Assembly: GCA_964621345.1 (NCBI GenBank)
Contig: CAZUON010000005.1
Coordinates: 349-64,348 of the forward strand
Length of the DNA stretch: 64,000 nucleotides
Direction of reading: 5' to 3'
Source of the DNA: an uncultured Glaciecola sp.
Lineage (GTDB): Bacteria; Pseudomonadota; Gammaproteobacteria; Enterobacterales; Alteromonadaceae
Below the pieces are notes generated by a model. It did not search any database, had not been told where the DNA came from, and saw nothing but the letters and a program-made list of their open reading frames with translations. Positions 1-10,647 of this stretch are shown one piece after another. Both the position numbers and the translations under genes were made by a program. Position 1 is the first letter of the stretch, and every line of letters starts with the position of its first letter.

Positions 1-217
1 CTACTTTGTTGTACACATTAAACCATTCAGGATGGTGTTTTAGTTTTTCAGCCCAAATTGCGATTTGTGACATCCAACCAAACGCACGAATAAAACTCTT
101 AAACTTAAAGGTTTTACTCAACTTGCCCTCTTCTACAACCCACGGCGTATCGCCACTTAATTGATTCAATTGTTCGAGTGCATTTGCTATTTCGCTTTGC
201 TCTAACCGTTTGGTCAT
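1..217 (-). CDS. phhB: Pterin-4-alpha-carbinolamine dehydratase (PCD/DCoH family). The 5' part only; the gene runs off the window.
   Basis: Not in the ORF track. The reverse strand from ATG at 217-215 reads [77 protein letters not shown]-x-NVYN is the PCD family signature. AGGAG lies 8 nt upstream. Confidence 0.8.
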   Translation of the reverse strand, partial: MTKRLEQSEIANALEQLNQLSGDTPWVVEEGKLSKTFKFKSFIRAFGWMSQIAIWAEKLKHHPEWFNVYNKV

Positions 218-278
218 TTTCAAACTCCTTTATTACTCTAAATACCGAAAATTGCGTGTTATTAATTATCTAAAACGT

Positions 279-303
279 AAAAAGCCCCAAGTTGGGGCTT
301 TTT
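279..303 (-). terminator. Rho-independent terminator downstream of the TonB-dependent receptor
   Basis: AAAAAGCCCCAAGTTGGGGCTTTTT is a GC stem flanked by an A-run and a T-run, so it could work in both directions. It lies 30 nt past the stop at 334. Confidence 0.6.
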
Positions 304-333
304 GTCGGGTCTAATTTATGTTGTGCTGTTTAT

Positions 334-3015
334 CTAAAATTCAACCGCTAAACGCACATATAACTGACGTCCACGTGGGTCATGAACCTTTGAGTCAAAG
401 CCAGCATTGGTAAACACCTGCGGAGGCTCCTCGTCAAATAAGTTGATGCCACCAAGAGTTAACACGTAACTTGTTTGAGTATCCATCAAAGTGCCTACAT
501 CAACCGTAAATTGAGCATCTACGGTAACATGACTATCGATTTCACGGAAACCATTGCCATCGTCAGCTAAATTTTGGTCATCATCGTAACTGCTAATGTA
601 TCGAACAAACACATTCGCACTATAGGCTTGATGACGCCATCCTAAACCAGCGTTCGCTCGCAATTCAGGCGACGATACACCGATATTGGTAAAGTTACGA
701 CGACCTGCACCATCTATTTCGCCCGCTTGAGGGTCAATTAGATCATACGACGTAATGTAGGTCGCTGTTAGGTTAGGCACAAAGCTACCAAAGTCAGTAT
801 CTATTTTATAGCTTGTGACAAAGTCAAAGCCGTTAGTTGTCAGTTCACTAGCGTTAACGAAGGTGTTATTGACTTGCACCAATGGACCGTTTAGCGGGTC
901 TCCAGCGCGTATAATACGGTCAGGGTCTTGAGGGTTTGCATTCAAGATAGCTTGTGCGCTTTCTTGAATAATTAGCTCTTCAAAATCAAAGTTCCAATAA
1001 TCAACCTCAATAGACCAATCATCAAGCGGCTCAAAAGAAAATCCAATGTTATAGGCTTGAGATTCTTCAGGAACGAGTTGGTCATTACCTGCGGTTCTCA
1101 CTGCGGCAAAGGCATTTGCACCACCAATTAGTGGGTCACTTAACTGTTGCAGGGATGTCGCACCACCATTTCGCATGAAGACCGAAGGCGCTCTGAATGA
1201 AGTTGAAATAGAACCACGCAGAGAGAAATCATCAGTCGCGCGATAGTTAAATGCTAACTTAGGATCAAGTGTATCACCAATAGTACCGCCGTAATCTTCG
1301 TAACGAAGGGCCACTTGAATATCAAGGTCATCGGTCACTGGTAACGCGATTTCAGCAAATGCTGCCCATACATCTAGGCTGTCGGCAAAATCAGGGTTAC
1401 CGATAACAAAGGTAAATGAATCTTGGTTAGATAATGCATCATAGTCTTGGGCTAAAGACTCATCACGATATTGCATACCTACCGCTAAGCCGGCAACGCC
1501 TCCATCCATATCAAATACGTCAAATGATGCAAATCCCTCATATACCTCAAGCGTTGACTTAGAGTCAATTACTTGCTGGCCAGAAAACGAATCAATTACA
1601 TTTTGGCTATTTGGTAATGTGGTGAAACTTGTTGCAAAAGGGTTGAAGTATTCACAGTTGCCTTGGCCTGGGGTACCTGTAATTGGGTCACAGCCTTGTC
1701 CACCTAAACCATTTAATGCAAGAGAAAACTCGGTACTAATAACGTCTTCTACAGAAAATAAGAAGTCGTTAGTTGCGTTGGTGTAACTGACTTCCCAGAA
1801 ACCATCATCTAACTCACCTTGCAACATGGTATTAAAGCGGAAAGTGTCTGATTCAGTATTAGCTGGATCTGCTTCAAAACCGTTACCTTCAGCACGACCA
1901 AAAAACACTACAGCCTGACCAAATGGGTTACTAGGATGAGTGGCAGGAACCAAGGGTCCGGTTAGAATTGGGAAACTAGGTGCGCCGCCACGCTCAGCAC
2001 GATTTCGCGCGTAACTGATTTCTGAAGACCACGTTAAGCTGTCTGATATCTCGTAATTTGCTTTTACGTAGGCATTTACGCGTGTCTCGTCTGGCACATA
2101 AGAATATCCAGGTCCGAAGTCAAATCCACATAAACCGATGTCAAGACCAGGGACGGTTCCAGGCGGTGCTAAAAGTTGTGGGAAGCCGCCAAATTCTGCA
2201 CAGCCAAAGGGGTCAATAACGGGCGTTCCAGCTAATGGACCTTGTGTGAAGAAATATGCGCCGGGATTTCCTAAGGCACTGGTATCATCTTGCGGGCGAG
2301 ACAAACGACGGTCTGATAAAAACATAGGGGAGCGATTCGTATAGCTTAACGCGGCAACAATACTTCCTTTGTCAGACGTAGCTCCCCATAAGCCTTGGAG
2401 TACATATTCTTTGTTATCACCATGAGCGCCATCTTGATAGTCAACCGTGACTTTAGCTCCATCGTAATTACGTTTTGTAATAAAGTTAACGACACCAGCA
2501 ACAGCATCAGAACCATAAAGTGCAGAAGCACCATCTTTTACGATTTCAACTCGGTCAATCGCAATCATTGGCACTAAAGAGCTGGTATCAACAAAATTTA
2601 AACCTTCATTGGTTTGTTGTGATGTCACCACTTGGCGTTTATTGTTTAAGAGTACTAAGGTTGACGCAACCCCTAACCCTCTCAGGTTGATATTGGAAGT
2701 ACCAGCGGTAGCATTTTGTGTAAATGCATCAGGCGTATTCTCTGAGCCCGTATTAATCGTGAGTGTTTGCGTAATGTCCGCAATATTTTTTGCGCCGATC
2801 GCGTCAATCGCGACACTGTCGACAATAGATAACGGTGAAGGTGATTCAAAGTTTTCGCTTCGTCTCACAAAACTACCGGTTACCATAATCAATTCGACTT
2901 CAGAATTTTCTGCACTGTTATCGTCATTGGCCTGCGCGATAACCATTGACGGAGCTAGCGAGAGCTGTGCTGCGACTAGCGCTGCAATAGCTGTTTTTTT
3001 GCCAGTAAACTTCAT
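334..3015 (-). CDS. TonB-dependent outer-membrane receptor
   Basis: 893 aa. Signal peptide MKFTGKKTAIAALVAAQLSLAPSMVIAQA. Plug-domain motifs (IDRVEIVKDGASALYGSDAVAGVVNFITK), a long beta-barrel-type sequence and a C-terminal Phe (RLAVEF). Confidence 0.9.
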   Translation of the reverse strand: MKFTGKKTAIAALVAAQLSLAPSMVIAQANDDNSAENSEVELIMVTGSFVRRSENFESPSPLSIVDSVAIDAIGAKNIADITQTLTINTGSENTPDAFTQNATAGTSNINLRGLGVASTLVLLNNKRQVVTSQQTNEGLNFVDTSSLVPMIAIDRVEIVKDGASALYGSDAVAGVVNFITKRNYDGAKVTVDYQDGAHGDNKEYVLQGLWGATSDKGSIVAALSYTNRSPMFLSDRRLSRPQDDTSALGNPGAYFFTQGPLAGTPVIDPFGCAEFGGFPQLLAPPGTVPGLDIGLCGFDFGPGYSYVPDETRVNAYVKANYEISDSLTWSSEISYARNRAERGGAPSFPILTGPLVPATHPSNPFGQAVVFFGRAEGNGFEADPANTESDTFRFNTMLQGELDDGFWEVSYTNATNDFLFSVEDVISTEFSLALNGLGGQGCDPITGTPGQGNCEYFNPFATSFTTLPNSQNVIDSFSGQQVIDSKSTLEVYEGFASFDVFDMDGGVAGLAVGMQYRDESLAQDYDALSNQDSFTFVIGNPDFADSLDVWAAFAEIALPVTDDLDIQVALRYEDYGGTIGDTLDPKLAFNYRATDDFSLRGSISTSFRAPSVFMRNGGATSLQQLSDPLIGGANAFAAVRTAGNDQLVPEESQAYNIGFSFEPLDDWSIEVDYWNFDFEELIIQESAQAILNANPQDPDRIIRAGDPLNGPLVQVNNTFVNASELTTNGFDFVTSYKIDTDFGSFVPNLTATYITSYDLIDPQAGEIDGAGRRNFTNIGVSSPELRANAGLGWRHQAYSANVFVRYISSYDDDQNLADDGNGFREIDSHVTVDAQFTVDVGTLMDTQTSYVLTLGGINLFDEEPPQVFTNAGFDSKVHDPRGRQLYVRLAVEF

Positions 3016-3216
3016 AAATCATCCCCTAGTGTGGAAGTGCACCACTTCAATCAGCGGTGTTATTATTGGTATATCTTATACAACTACGCTTTATACTAGG
3101 AAATGATCAAGGCTTTGTAAATTTTTTGTTACTTATGTGTAAGTATTTTTTATTCGCATGGTCTGACCAGCTTGAAGAAAAATCACAAAAACGTGTAGTA
3201 GCTTTTAAGCTGTCAA

Positions 3217-3663
3217 CTACAGACGTGGTATAACGAGCATTAAAAAGCTTCCCACCAAAGCAGGTTTATCCCGCCCTTCTATGCGTACGCTGGTGTTAAA
3301 CTTATGTAAATAACCACTGCTCTTTTTCTCAATCTCAATTAACGAAAAATCAAATTTTATTTTGTCTTCAACACGCACAGGCTCAAGATAACGAAGTGAA
3401 TCAATGCCGTAATTTAACATCGTGAATTTTTTGTCGTCTACACTCACACATTCAGCAAACATCTTTGGCATTAGCGCCGCTGTTAAAAAACCATGAGCAA
3501 TAGGCACCTTAAATGGGCTTTCTTTGGCACAGCGCTCAGCATCGAGATGAATCCATTGAAAGTCTTGCGTAGCTTGCGCAAATTCTGCCACTTTTTGTTG
3601 GCTTACCTGAAACCATTCAGGAGACGATAAACTCACTCCCACATTCAATTCAGAAATATCCAT
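3217..3663 (-). CDS. MaoC-like (R)-specific enoyl-CoA hydratase / hot-dog fold dehydratase
   Basis: 148 aa. FAQATQDFQWIHLDAERCAKESPFKVPIAHGFL matches the MaoC dehydratase motif (D-x-N/Q-P/W-IH ... AHG). Confidence 0.8.
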   Translation of the reverse strand: MDISELNVGVSLSSPEWFQVSQQKVAEFAQATQDFQWIHLDAERCAKESPFKVPIAHGFLTAALMPKMFAECVSVDDKKFTMLNYGIDSLRYLEPVRVEDKIKFDFSLIEIEKKSSGYLHKFNTSVRIEGRDKPALVGSFLMLVIPRL

Positions 3664-3725
3664 ATTAATCCTATTTTATTACTGTTTTTAATTGAAAACA
3701 CCTTATACTATTAACAGCAGTGATA

Positions 3726-3764
3726 ATTCAATTGATTATTCGAATAACAAAATATTGAATTGAT
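3726..3764. promoter_or_regulatory. Candidate LysR-type operator in the divergent MaoC/LysR intergenic region
   Basis: ATTCAATTGAT (3726-3736) and ATTGAATTGAT (3754-3764) are a 10/11 direct repeat. The first contains the palindrome TCAATTGA and sits in an ATTC-N12-GAAT dyad. Confidence 0.25.
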
Positions 3765-3816
3765 GAATGTTCTACTTTGAGCGCTCAATACCAAGCAAGA
3801 AATAATGGAGAAGTAC

Positions 3817-4719
3817 ATGAATTTACATCGTATTGATTTAAACCTATTCGCTGTATTCGATGCGATCTACACCGCTGGTAGTTTAACAAAAGCTGCTGAT
3901 GTACTGTGCATAACGCAACCTGCGGTGAGTAATTCATTAGCGCGCTTGAGAGACATGCTCAACGATCCTCTTTTTGTTAGAACCGGACATTCAATGACGC
4001 CAACACCGGTTGCTCAAAATATCATTGTGCCCGCACGTGAAGCACTCGGTTTGCTGCGCAAAAGCGTTCAACAAAGCCATGTGTTTGAACCTGAAAGCTC
4101 CACCAAGGAATTTCATTTCTCTAGCCGAGACTTATTAGAGGTGAGCATCATGCCTCGCTTAATGGCACGCTTACAAAACTTGTCACCAAACATTACGCTA
4201 ACCAACTATGAAGTCGCCCGTAATAGTGTGGTATCTGGAATGGCGAGCGGTAGTTTAGACTTTTTTGCTGATGCCTCTACATTTACCGACCCTCACCTTA
4301 AAAAACAACAAATAGCACAAGATAGATTTGTTGTGCTTGCCCGTAAAAATCACCCTCTTCTACAAAAAGGACTGACTTTAGACGCGTTTTTAAAATTGGG
4401 TCACATCAATGTGTCCAACCGCCGACGAGGCGCAGGCCCTGTGGATATCGCACTTGATAAACTTGGCGAGAAGCGCAAAGTTGTTATGCGCTCACAACAC
4501 TTTTTAACCGTACCTAGCGCCATCGTTAAAACCGATATGATTGCATGTATTCCCTATCATTTAGCAAAACACTATGATTTAGCAATGTATGAAATACCTT
4601 TCGATATTCCCCCAATCGAATACTACTTATATTGGCATTTGAGCGCAGATCATGATGCAGCGCATCGCTGGATGAGAGAGCAAATTGCTGAAGTAGCAAA
4701 GGCGTATAACCCTGAATAA
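3817..4719 (+). CDS. LysR-family transcriptional regulator
   Basis: N-terminal HTH (MNLHRIDLNLFAVFDAIYTAGSLTKAADVLCITQPAVSNSLARLR) plus a LysR substrate-binding domain. I prefer the ATG at 3817 (GGAG 6 nt upstream) over the track start at 3805. Confidence 0.9.
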   Translation: MNLHRIDLNLFAVFDAIYTAGSLTKAADVLCITQPAVSNSLARLRDMLNDPLFVRTGHSMTPTPVAQNIIVPAREALGLLRKSVQQSHVFEPESSTKEFHFSSRDLLEVSIMPRLMARLQNLSPNITLTNYEVARNSVVSGMASGSLDFFADASTFTDPHLKKQQIAQDRFVVLARKNHPLLQKGLTLDAFLKLGHINVSNRRRGAGPVDIALDKLGEKRKVVMRSQHFLTVPSAIVKTDMIACIPYHLAKHYDLAMYEIPFDIPPIEYYLYWHLSADHDAAHRWMREQIAEVAKAYNPE

Positions 4720-4846
4720 GCCAGGTCAACTTAGTCAGCTTTAGGTATATTCTTTTACACCTTATTATGGGTATGGGCGTTGTCATGTAGTCCTATTTAC
4801 ATAAAACTGCGCGGGTTTAAAATAACTCAGTAAAAGGTCCACTACC

Positions 4847-5242
4847 ATGAAGAAATTTACACGTATTTTAGCAGTTTCTGCATGCGCAATAAGCGCTATT
4901 AGTTTCAACGCGAATGCCAGTATTGAAACTGCACTAGCAAACATTTGCAATATTGTGCAAAGCGATGACAAATCAGAGTTACGAAAAAAAATGCGAGATG
5001 TGCAGTCAAACTATTCAATGAAGCTTGGCGACTATTACGATGGCATAAGCTGTAACGGGAATAGTCTTATACGCACGGCGCTATTGAGTAACGCGACAAA
5101 AGCAGGTACTTTGCTTGTTAAAAAAATGCCTAAATCGAAATTAGGCGAACCCGAAACCGACGGCATCCTTCTCACTGACTGGATTGCTAGCAATGGGCTT
5201 GATAGCAGTGAAATTGCTGTAGTAGTAAAAGAAAGAATGTAG
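4847..5242 (+). CDS. Small secreted protein of unknown function (DUF3718-like from memory, unverified); paralog of 12461-12853
   Basis: 131 aa. Signal peptide MKKFTRILAVSACAISAISFNANA. Long shared blocks with the 12461 ORF (ALANIC-IV--DDKSELRKKM, GTLLVKKMPK, EPETDG). Confidence 0.6.
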   Translation: MKKFTRILAVSACAISAISFNANASIETALANICNIVQSDDKSELRKKMRDVQSNYSMKLGDYYDGISCNGNSLIRTALLSNATKAGTLLVKKMPKSKLGEPETDGILLTDWIASNGLDSSEIAVVVKERM

Positions 5243-5296
5243 CTTGGGTTAAGTTTAAGGGTTTAATACCTTAGGTGAATTTACATGCAGAGATAG

Positions 5297-5336
5297 TACT
5301 TGAGCGTTGCAGATAAGTCGGCGCTCAAGTAATTTT
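5297..5336 (+). terminator. Possible terminator hairpin after the 4847 gene
   Basis: TACTTGAGCG-(15 nt)-CGCTCAAGTA is a 10-bp stem followed by ATTTT. The loop is long, so the call is tentative. Confidence 0.4.
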
Positions 5337-5346
5337 ACCAAACTTT

Positions 5347-6234
5347 TTAAGCATGAAAATCTTTAATTTCAACAATCACTTTTTCAGCTTCTTGGTGATG
5401 TAACCAATGATTGGCATTCTCAAATTTAACTAGTGTTAAATTCTCTATCCAATCTTCCATACCGTTTAATACCTCAGGTACAAAAGCAGTATCTTTCATA
5501 CCCCACAATACCTGCGTGGCTACTTTAATCTCAATCTTAGGCAATTTGACCTTTGTGTTTACACGAATGCGTTGAGTCACTAGTTGCGGCATATTTTTAT
5601 AATAGGCAAATGATTGCTCCATGGAAAATCGGTCAGACCATTGCATTAAATAAGCCCGTTGTTGTTGCTGCGACAAGCCCTTAAATACTCTACCATAAAG
5701 ACCTTTTAGCATGCGATGCTCATTCGCACTTGTTATATCAAAGGCGTTGTCACTTATTAAATCGCTAATGTAATCAGAGTTCGCTTGTTGTGCAGGATTG
5801 TGCGCCATTTCCCGCGTAAACGCAGTTGGGTGCGCCGCATTTAAGATTGTGAGCTTATAAAATTGTCGTTTATGAAAGGCCACTAAAGGCCATGCAATCA
5901 CCCCACCCCAGTCGTGTGCCACAAGGTGCACTTTACCGTTATCACTAATCGCATCGATAAACTCAGACATCACATCTACTAAGTGCGGAATGTTGTAATC
6001 TTCAATTTCATCAAAACCAAGAGATCCATTATAACCCGGTAAATCAGGGGCAATGACGCAAAAATCAGTCGATAAGGCTTGTATATAATGCTCCCAAGTC
6101 CAGCTATTTTCTGGGAAGCCATGCAGCAATACAATAATAGGTTTTTGAATATTGTCATTGAGAGGGTCTTGTCCCTCAACACATAAATACTGAATAGTAG
6201 TATCGCTGATCTGGACCGTTCGCATGTCTATCAT
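5347..6234 (-). CDS. Alpha/beta-fold hydrolase (epoxide-hydrolase-like subfamily)
   Basis: 295 aa. HGFPENSWTWEHY oxyanion region, nucleophile elbow AHDWGG and a C-terminal NANHWLHHQE (catalytic His). Confidence 0.85.
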   Translation of the reverse strand: MIDMRTVQISDTTIQYLCVEGQDPLNDNIQKPIIVLLHGFPENSWTWEHYIQALSTDFCVIAPDLPGYNGSLGFDEIEDYNIPHLVDVMSEFIDAISDNGKVHLVAHDWGGVIAWPLVAFHKRQFYKLTILNAAHPTAFTREMAHNPAQQANSDYISDLISDNAFDITSANEHRMLKGLYGRVFKGLSQQQQRAYLMQWSDRFSMEQSFAYYKNMPQLVTQRIRVNTKVKLPKIEIKVATQVLWGMKDTAFVPEVLNGMEDWIENLTLVKFENANHWLHHQEAEKVIVEIKDFHA

Positions 6235-6319
6235 TTTATTTGTCCTGCTTGCTCTTTCGCTAACGTTAACATAACTATTTTAAGTAGCTTAGCATGCTTT
6301 ATTTACGATGTTCATCCCG

Positions 6320-6350
6320 AAAAAAAGCCAGATTAACAAAATAATCTGGC
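6320..6350 (-). terminator. Rho-independent terminator after the 600-aa acyl-CoA dehydrogenase
   Basis: On the minus strand: GCCAGATTA-loop-TAATCTGGC followed by T7. It lies 38 nt past the stop at 6388. Confidence 0.6.
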
Positions 6351-6387
6351 TCGGGTTTTACATAATATTTAGGTGAAGTTTGCGAGT

Positions 6388-8190
6388 CTATTTACCAACT
6401 GAAAACAAAGCTTCGTCCATTTGCATCAGGTTTTCACTACCTGAGTTTATCGCCGAAACTAACGAACGCGTTCGGGTCAGCATTCGGTCAAAGTAGAATT
6501 TAGCGGTCATTAATTTTGCCCGGTAAAAGTCTTCTTCACTGGTGCCTTCATCTAACTTCTGCTGAGCGGTCACAGCCATTTGTAGCCAAAAATAGCCAAC
6601 AGTGACATAGCCTGCATACATCAAATAGTCTACCGATGCTGCACCTAGCTCATCAGGATTTGATTGTGCCGCCTGAGCAATATCGTTACTCAATTGTAAC
6701 CACTCATCTACGTGAGAGTCGATAGCGTTTGCCCAAGCATTAAACTGTGACTTGTCGCGCAGGCTCGCACAATAGGTTTTCATTTCGGTTGCAAATACTT
6801 TTAGTAACTCACCTTTAGAGCCAATCACTTTGCGAGCCAACAGGTCTATGGCTTGGATGCCAGTAGTTCCCTCATACATCGTGCAAATTCGCGTATCTCG
6901 AGCTAACTGCTCCATACCCCACTCTTTAATATAACCGTGGCCACCGTATACTTGCATACCGTAACTGGTCGCTTCTTGTGCGGTTTCAGTTAAGAAGGCT
7001 TTAACGATAGGTGTCAACAATGCTAGTTTTGCTTCAGCAATTTGTTTAGCTTGGTCATCGTCAGAGTATAAGGTAGTGTCTACCATCTTCATGCAGTAAG
7101 CAGCCATCGCACGCTTACCCTCCGCTAAAGACTTCTGCGTCAATAGCATGCGTCTAACGTCTGGGTGAACGATAATCGGGTCAGCGGGGCCTTCGTTGTT
7201 TTTCTTGCCGGTTAATGAACGAAATTGTAAGCGGTCTTTTGCGTATGCTAGCGCGCCCTGATAAGCTGCTTCGGTAGCAGAGAGCCCTTCCATTCCAGTA
7301 CCGATTCTGGCGATATTCATAAAGGTAAACATACATTGCAAACCACGGTTTGCCTCGCCCACTAAAAAGCCCTTAGCGCCATCGAAGTTCATTACGCAAG
7401 TCGCACTCGCCTTAATACCCATTTTATGCTCAATAGACCCGCATTTAACGGTGTTTCTATCGAGAATATTACCTTGTGCGTCCACATTAAATTTTGGCAC
7501 TAAAAATAACGATATTCCCTTTGTACCAGCCGGTGCGTCTGGTAGTCTCGCAAGCACTAAGTGAACGATGTTGTCGGACATGTCATGCTCACCCGCCGAT
7601 ATAAATATCTTCGTACCGGTGAGGCTATAGCTGCCATCATCATTTGGCTCAGCCTTACACTTCAACATACCTAGGTCGGAACCACAGTGTGATTCTGTTA
7701 AGCACATAGTGCCAGTCCAAGAGCCTTCTATTAGACGTGTTAAATAAATTTCTTGTTGCTCTGGTGTGCCGTTTGCTTTTAAGGTTTCCATGCAACCTTG
7801 GCTCAAACCTGGATACATCGCCCAAGAATGATTAGCACCTGAGAACCATTCAGCCATCGTCGTTGATAAGGAGTAAGGTAGTCCTTGACCACCGTGCTCA
7901 ACCGGGTGCGCCATTGAAGGCCAGCCACCATCCACGTATTGTTTGTAAGCTTCTTTAAAACCCGGCGGCGTGGTTACAACACCATCGTCAAATTGACAGC
8001 CTACTTCGTCACCCACTTGGTTTAACGGGGCCAATACGTTTTCAGCAAATTTAGCCGCTTCATCGTATATTGCGCGAATGAGATCATCAGTGGCATCTTC
8101 AAAGCCTAGTTGCTGATAATGTGCTTCCATGTCCAATAATTCTTGCGTGACAAATAACGTATCTCGTTGTGTCGCTTTATAGTTCTGCAT
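6388..8190 (-). CDS. Long-form acyl-CoA dehydrogenase (about 600 aa, with an extra C-terminal domain)
   Basis: ACAD motifs: CLTESHCGSDLG, KIFISAGEHD, YGGHGYIKEWGMEQLARDTRICTMYEGTTGIQ. The N terminus MQNYKATQRDTLFV is typical of this long subfamily. Confidence 0.9.
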   Translation of the reverse strand: MQNYKATQRDTLFVTQELLDMEAHYQQLGFEDATDDLIRAIYDEAAKFAENVLAPLNQVGDEVGCQFDDGVVTTPPGFKEAYKQYVDGGWPSMAHPVEHGGQGLPYSLSTTMAEWFSGANHSWAMYPGLSQGCMETLKANGTPEQQEIYLTRLIEGSWTGTMCLTESHCGSDLGMLKCKAEPNDDGSYSLTGTKIFISAGEHDMSDNIVHLVLARLPDAPAGTKGISLFLVPKFNVDAQGNILDRNTVKCGSIEHKMGIKASATCVMNFDGAKGFLVGEANRGLQCMFTFMNIARIGTGMEGLSATEAAYQGALAYAKDRLQFRSLTGKKNNEGPADPIIVHPDVRRMLLTQKSLAEGKRAMAAYCMKMVDTTLYSDDDQAKQIAEAKLALLTPIVKAFLTETAQEATSYGMQVYGGHGYIKEWGMEQLARDTRICTMYEGTTGIQAIDLLARKVIGSKGELLKVFATEMKTYCASLRDKSQFNAWANAIDSHVDEWLQLSNDIAQAAQSNPDELGAASVDYLMYAGYVTVGYFWLQMAVTAQQKLDEGTSEEDFYRAKLMTAKFYFDRMLTRTRSLVSAINSGSENLMQMDEALFSVGK

Positions 8191-8281
8191 TAGTAGTACT
8201 CGCTCTAATTATCTGTTGTTTTTAATGTTCAGTTTTTGATATTCAAATTCACGATGAGCCACACATATCATGGCTACATCA

Positions 8282-10393
8282 TTATTTATTTAATGAAGAA
8301 AACGACTTATTTTGCTCAACTAAGTCAAGCAGCAGTTTAGATGGTGCAAACCACTGTTTACCATACTCACCTAAGCTGCTTTGATAATGTTGCATACGCG
8401 CTAACACATTACTTAATCCAACCTCGTCTGCATACTGCATGGGGCCGCCTCTGAATACGGGGAAGCCGTAGCCATATACATAAATTACGTCAATATCACT
8501 GGCTCTTTGGGCAATGCCTTCTTGTAGGATATTTGCCCCTTCGTTGATTAACGGATAGATGCAGCGTTCCAGAATTTCCTGATCGCTAATTTCACGTTGT
8601 TCAATGCCTAACTCTTTTGCTTTACGAGCAGCAATTTCCATTACGCTTGGGTCAAATATTGGCTTGCGTTGGCCTGGCTCGTAGTTGTAAACACCTTTGC
8701 CAACTTTCAGCCCTACTCGACCGGCTTCGACCAGCTCGTCGGCAACAACGCAGTAGCTTGGGTCATGTTCGATAAACGCTTTTCGCGATTGGCGTACAAA
8801 GTAGCCGATATCTAAGCCAGCCATATCACCCATCGTAAATGGTCCCATTGGCATGCCCAGTTGCATGATGACACGGTCTACTTGTTCAGGTGTTGCGCCC
8901 TCAAGCATTAAACGATTCGCTTCACGGCCGTAAACTTCAATCATTCGATTGCCCACAAAGCCAAAACACACTCCGACTAATACGCCAACTTTTCGAATAG
9001 TCTTGGCTAACTTCATCGCCGTTTTAATCACTTCGTCTGAAGTTTTATCGGCGCGTACAATTTCCAATAACTTCATCACGTTTGCAGGCGAGAAAAAGTG
9101 CAGACCAATCACATCCTCTGGACGAGAAGTTGATTCGGCAATTTCATTTATGTCTAACGTTGAAGTGTTCGACGCAAGTATTGCACCGGGCTTACAGACT
9201 TTATCAAGCGCTGAGAATACTTCTTTTTTAACCGACATTTTTTCAAATACCGCCTCAATCACCAAGTCAACATCAGCAAGGGCTTCATAATCAGTCGCTC
9301 CGCTCAATAACGCCATTCGTTGCTCAACTTGGTCTTGGGTAAGCTTGCCCTTTTTAGCTGAGTTTTCGTAGTTACGACGAATCACTTGCAGGCCTTTATC
9401 AAGCGCTTCTTGCTTGAGCTCTAACATCAGCACAGGAATACCGGCATTTGCAAAATTCATTGCAATCCCGCCGCCCATAGTACCTGCACCGATAATAGCA
9501 ACTTGCTTTATACTTCGTTCTTGTGTGGTTTTTTGGAGTCCAGGCACATGACTCGCCGCCCGCTCAGCAAAGAAAAAGTGCTGTTGGGCTCGCGCTTGGG
9601 GTGTTTCTAAACATTGCATAAAGAGCTTTGATTCCTCTTTAAGCCCTTTATCAAAACTGAGCTCGTAGGCAGCTTTGACAGCTTCAACACACTTTAATGG
9701 AGCAAAAAATCCCTTCGATTTCTTCGCTACTTGCTCGGCGTATGCCTCGAATAAACCTTGTGTTTCAGCTGTCATAGTCAAATCTATTTTTGAAACTGGA
9801 CGAGGACCTTGGGTAAGGGCAGTTGCTGCAAACGCCTTTGCACTGTCGAGTAGGGCCTCCGGTGATTCTACAAGTGACTCAAAAACCCCATTTAGCTTCA
9901 CTACAGGGGTTGGCGCACCAGATACAATCATATCAAGTGCAGTTTTAGCATCGAGTAATCGAGGTAGGCGTTGCGTGCCGCCCGCACCGGGTAAAATTCC
10001 TAAATGCACTTCGGGTAATCCGACTTTATTTGCGCTCACGCTAAAGCGATAATGACAAGCTAAGGCAAGCTCCAAACCACCGCCAAAGGCACTCCCCCCT
10101 AAGGCAGCAATTACTGGTTTAGGTGAGTTTTCGATAAAATTAAGCACCTCTGGCAACATAGGCTCCAGATTTCCTCCAGAAAACTCACTGATATCTGCTC
10201 CCGCGCTGAATAAGGGCAAGGCACTAGCAATAATTATTGCTGTGACATCCGACTCATCTAATGCCGCTTGTACTGCTAACATAAGACCTTGCCTAACAGC
10301 CTGAGACAAAGCGTTTACAGGTGCATTATTTAACGTGATTACAGCAAGATTATCGGTTTTTTCAATGGCTACGCATGCGCTATCAATTTGCAT
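8282..10393 (-). CDS. Fused enoyl-CoA hydratase / 3-hydroxyacyl-CoA dehydrogenase (FadB/FadJ-like multifunctional enzyme)
   Basis: 703 aa. N-terminal crotonase fold (FSAGADISEF, GGGLELALACHYR). Central Rossmann motif VAIIGAGTMGGGIA and a 3HCDH C-terminal domain. Confidence 0.9.
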   Translation of the reverse strand: MQIDSACVAIEKTDNLAVITLNNAPVNALSQAVRQGLMLAVQAALDESDVTAIIIASALPLFSAGADISEFSGGNLEPMLPEVLNFIENSPKPVIAALGGSAFGGGLELALACHYRFSVSANKVGLPEVHLGILPGAGGTQRLPRLLDAKTALDMIVSGAPTPVVKLNGVFESLVESPEALLDSAKAFAATALTQGPRPVSKIDLTMTAETQGLFEAYAEQVAKKSKGFFAPLKCVEAVKAAYELSFDKGLKEESKLFMQCLETPQARAQQHFFFAERAASHVPGLQKTTQERSIKQVAIIGAGTMGGGIAMNFANAGIPVLMLELKQEALDKGLQVIRRNYENSAKKGKLTQDQVEQRMALLSGATDYEALADVDLVIEAVFEKMSVKKEVFSALDKVCKPGAILASNTSTLDINEIAESTSRPEDVIGLHFFSPANVMKLLEIVRADKTSDEVIKTAMKLAKTIRKVGVLVGVCFGFVGNRMIEVYGREANRLMLEGATPEQVDRVIMQLGMPMGPFTMGDMAGLDIGYFVRQSRKAFIEHDPSYCVVADELVEAGRVGLKVGKGVYNYEPGQRKPIFDPSVMEIAARKAKELGIEQREISDQEILERCIYPLINEGANILQEGIAQRASDIDVIYVYGYGFPVFRGGPMQYADEVGLSNVLARMQHYQSSLGEYGKQWFAPSKLLLDLVEQNKSFSSLNK

Positions 10394-10647
10394 AAAGAAA
10401 TCCTAATTAATTTCGGTATTAACATAAGATTAACGCAAAGTCTGTCTATCAGCCCAATTTATTGATTTAATGTTGATTAATAACGAAAGCTAATGATTGT
10501 TAGGTAGTTGTAAGGCATCGCGGGCATCACTTACTCGTTCTAACGATTAAAAATACAAATAATTGATACTACATTGTCAGTTTAATGAATTGTGCGTTTT
10601 CACTGTTTACCGATATACTGTTAATAAATTGTAAATAAATGGTGAAC

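Noticed and set aside
2609-3106. 165-aa plus-strand ORF (and smaller ones at 2138, 2346 and 2395) inside the TonB-dependent receptor gene
   Set aside because: They are antisense to, or out of frame within, a well-supported 893-aa receptor CDS. Composition is low-complexity with no motifs. These are typical shadow ORFs.
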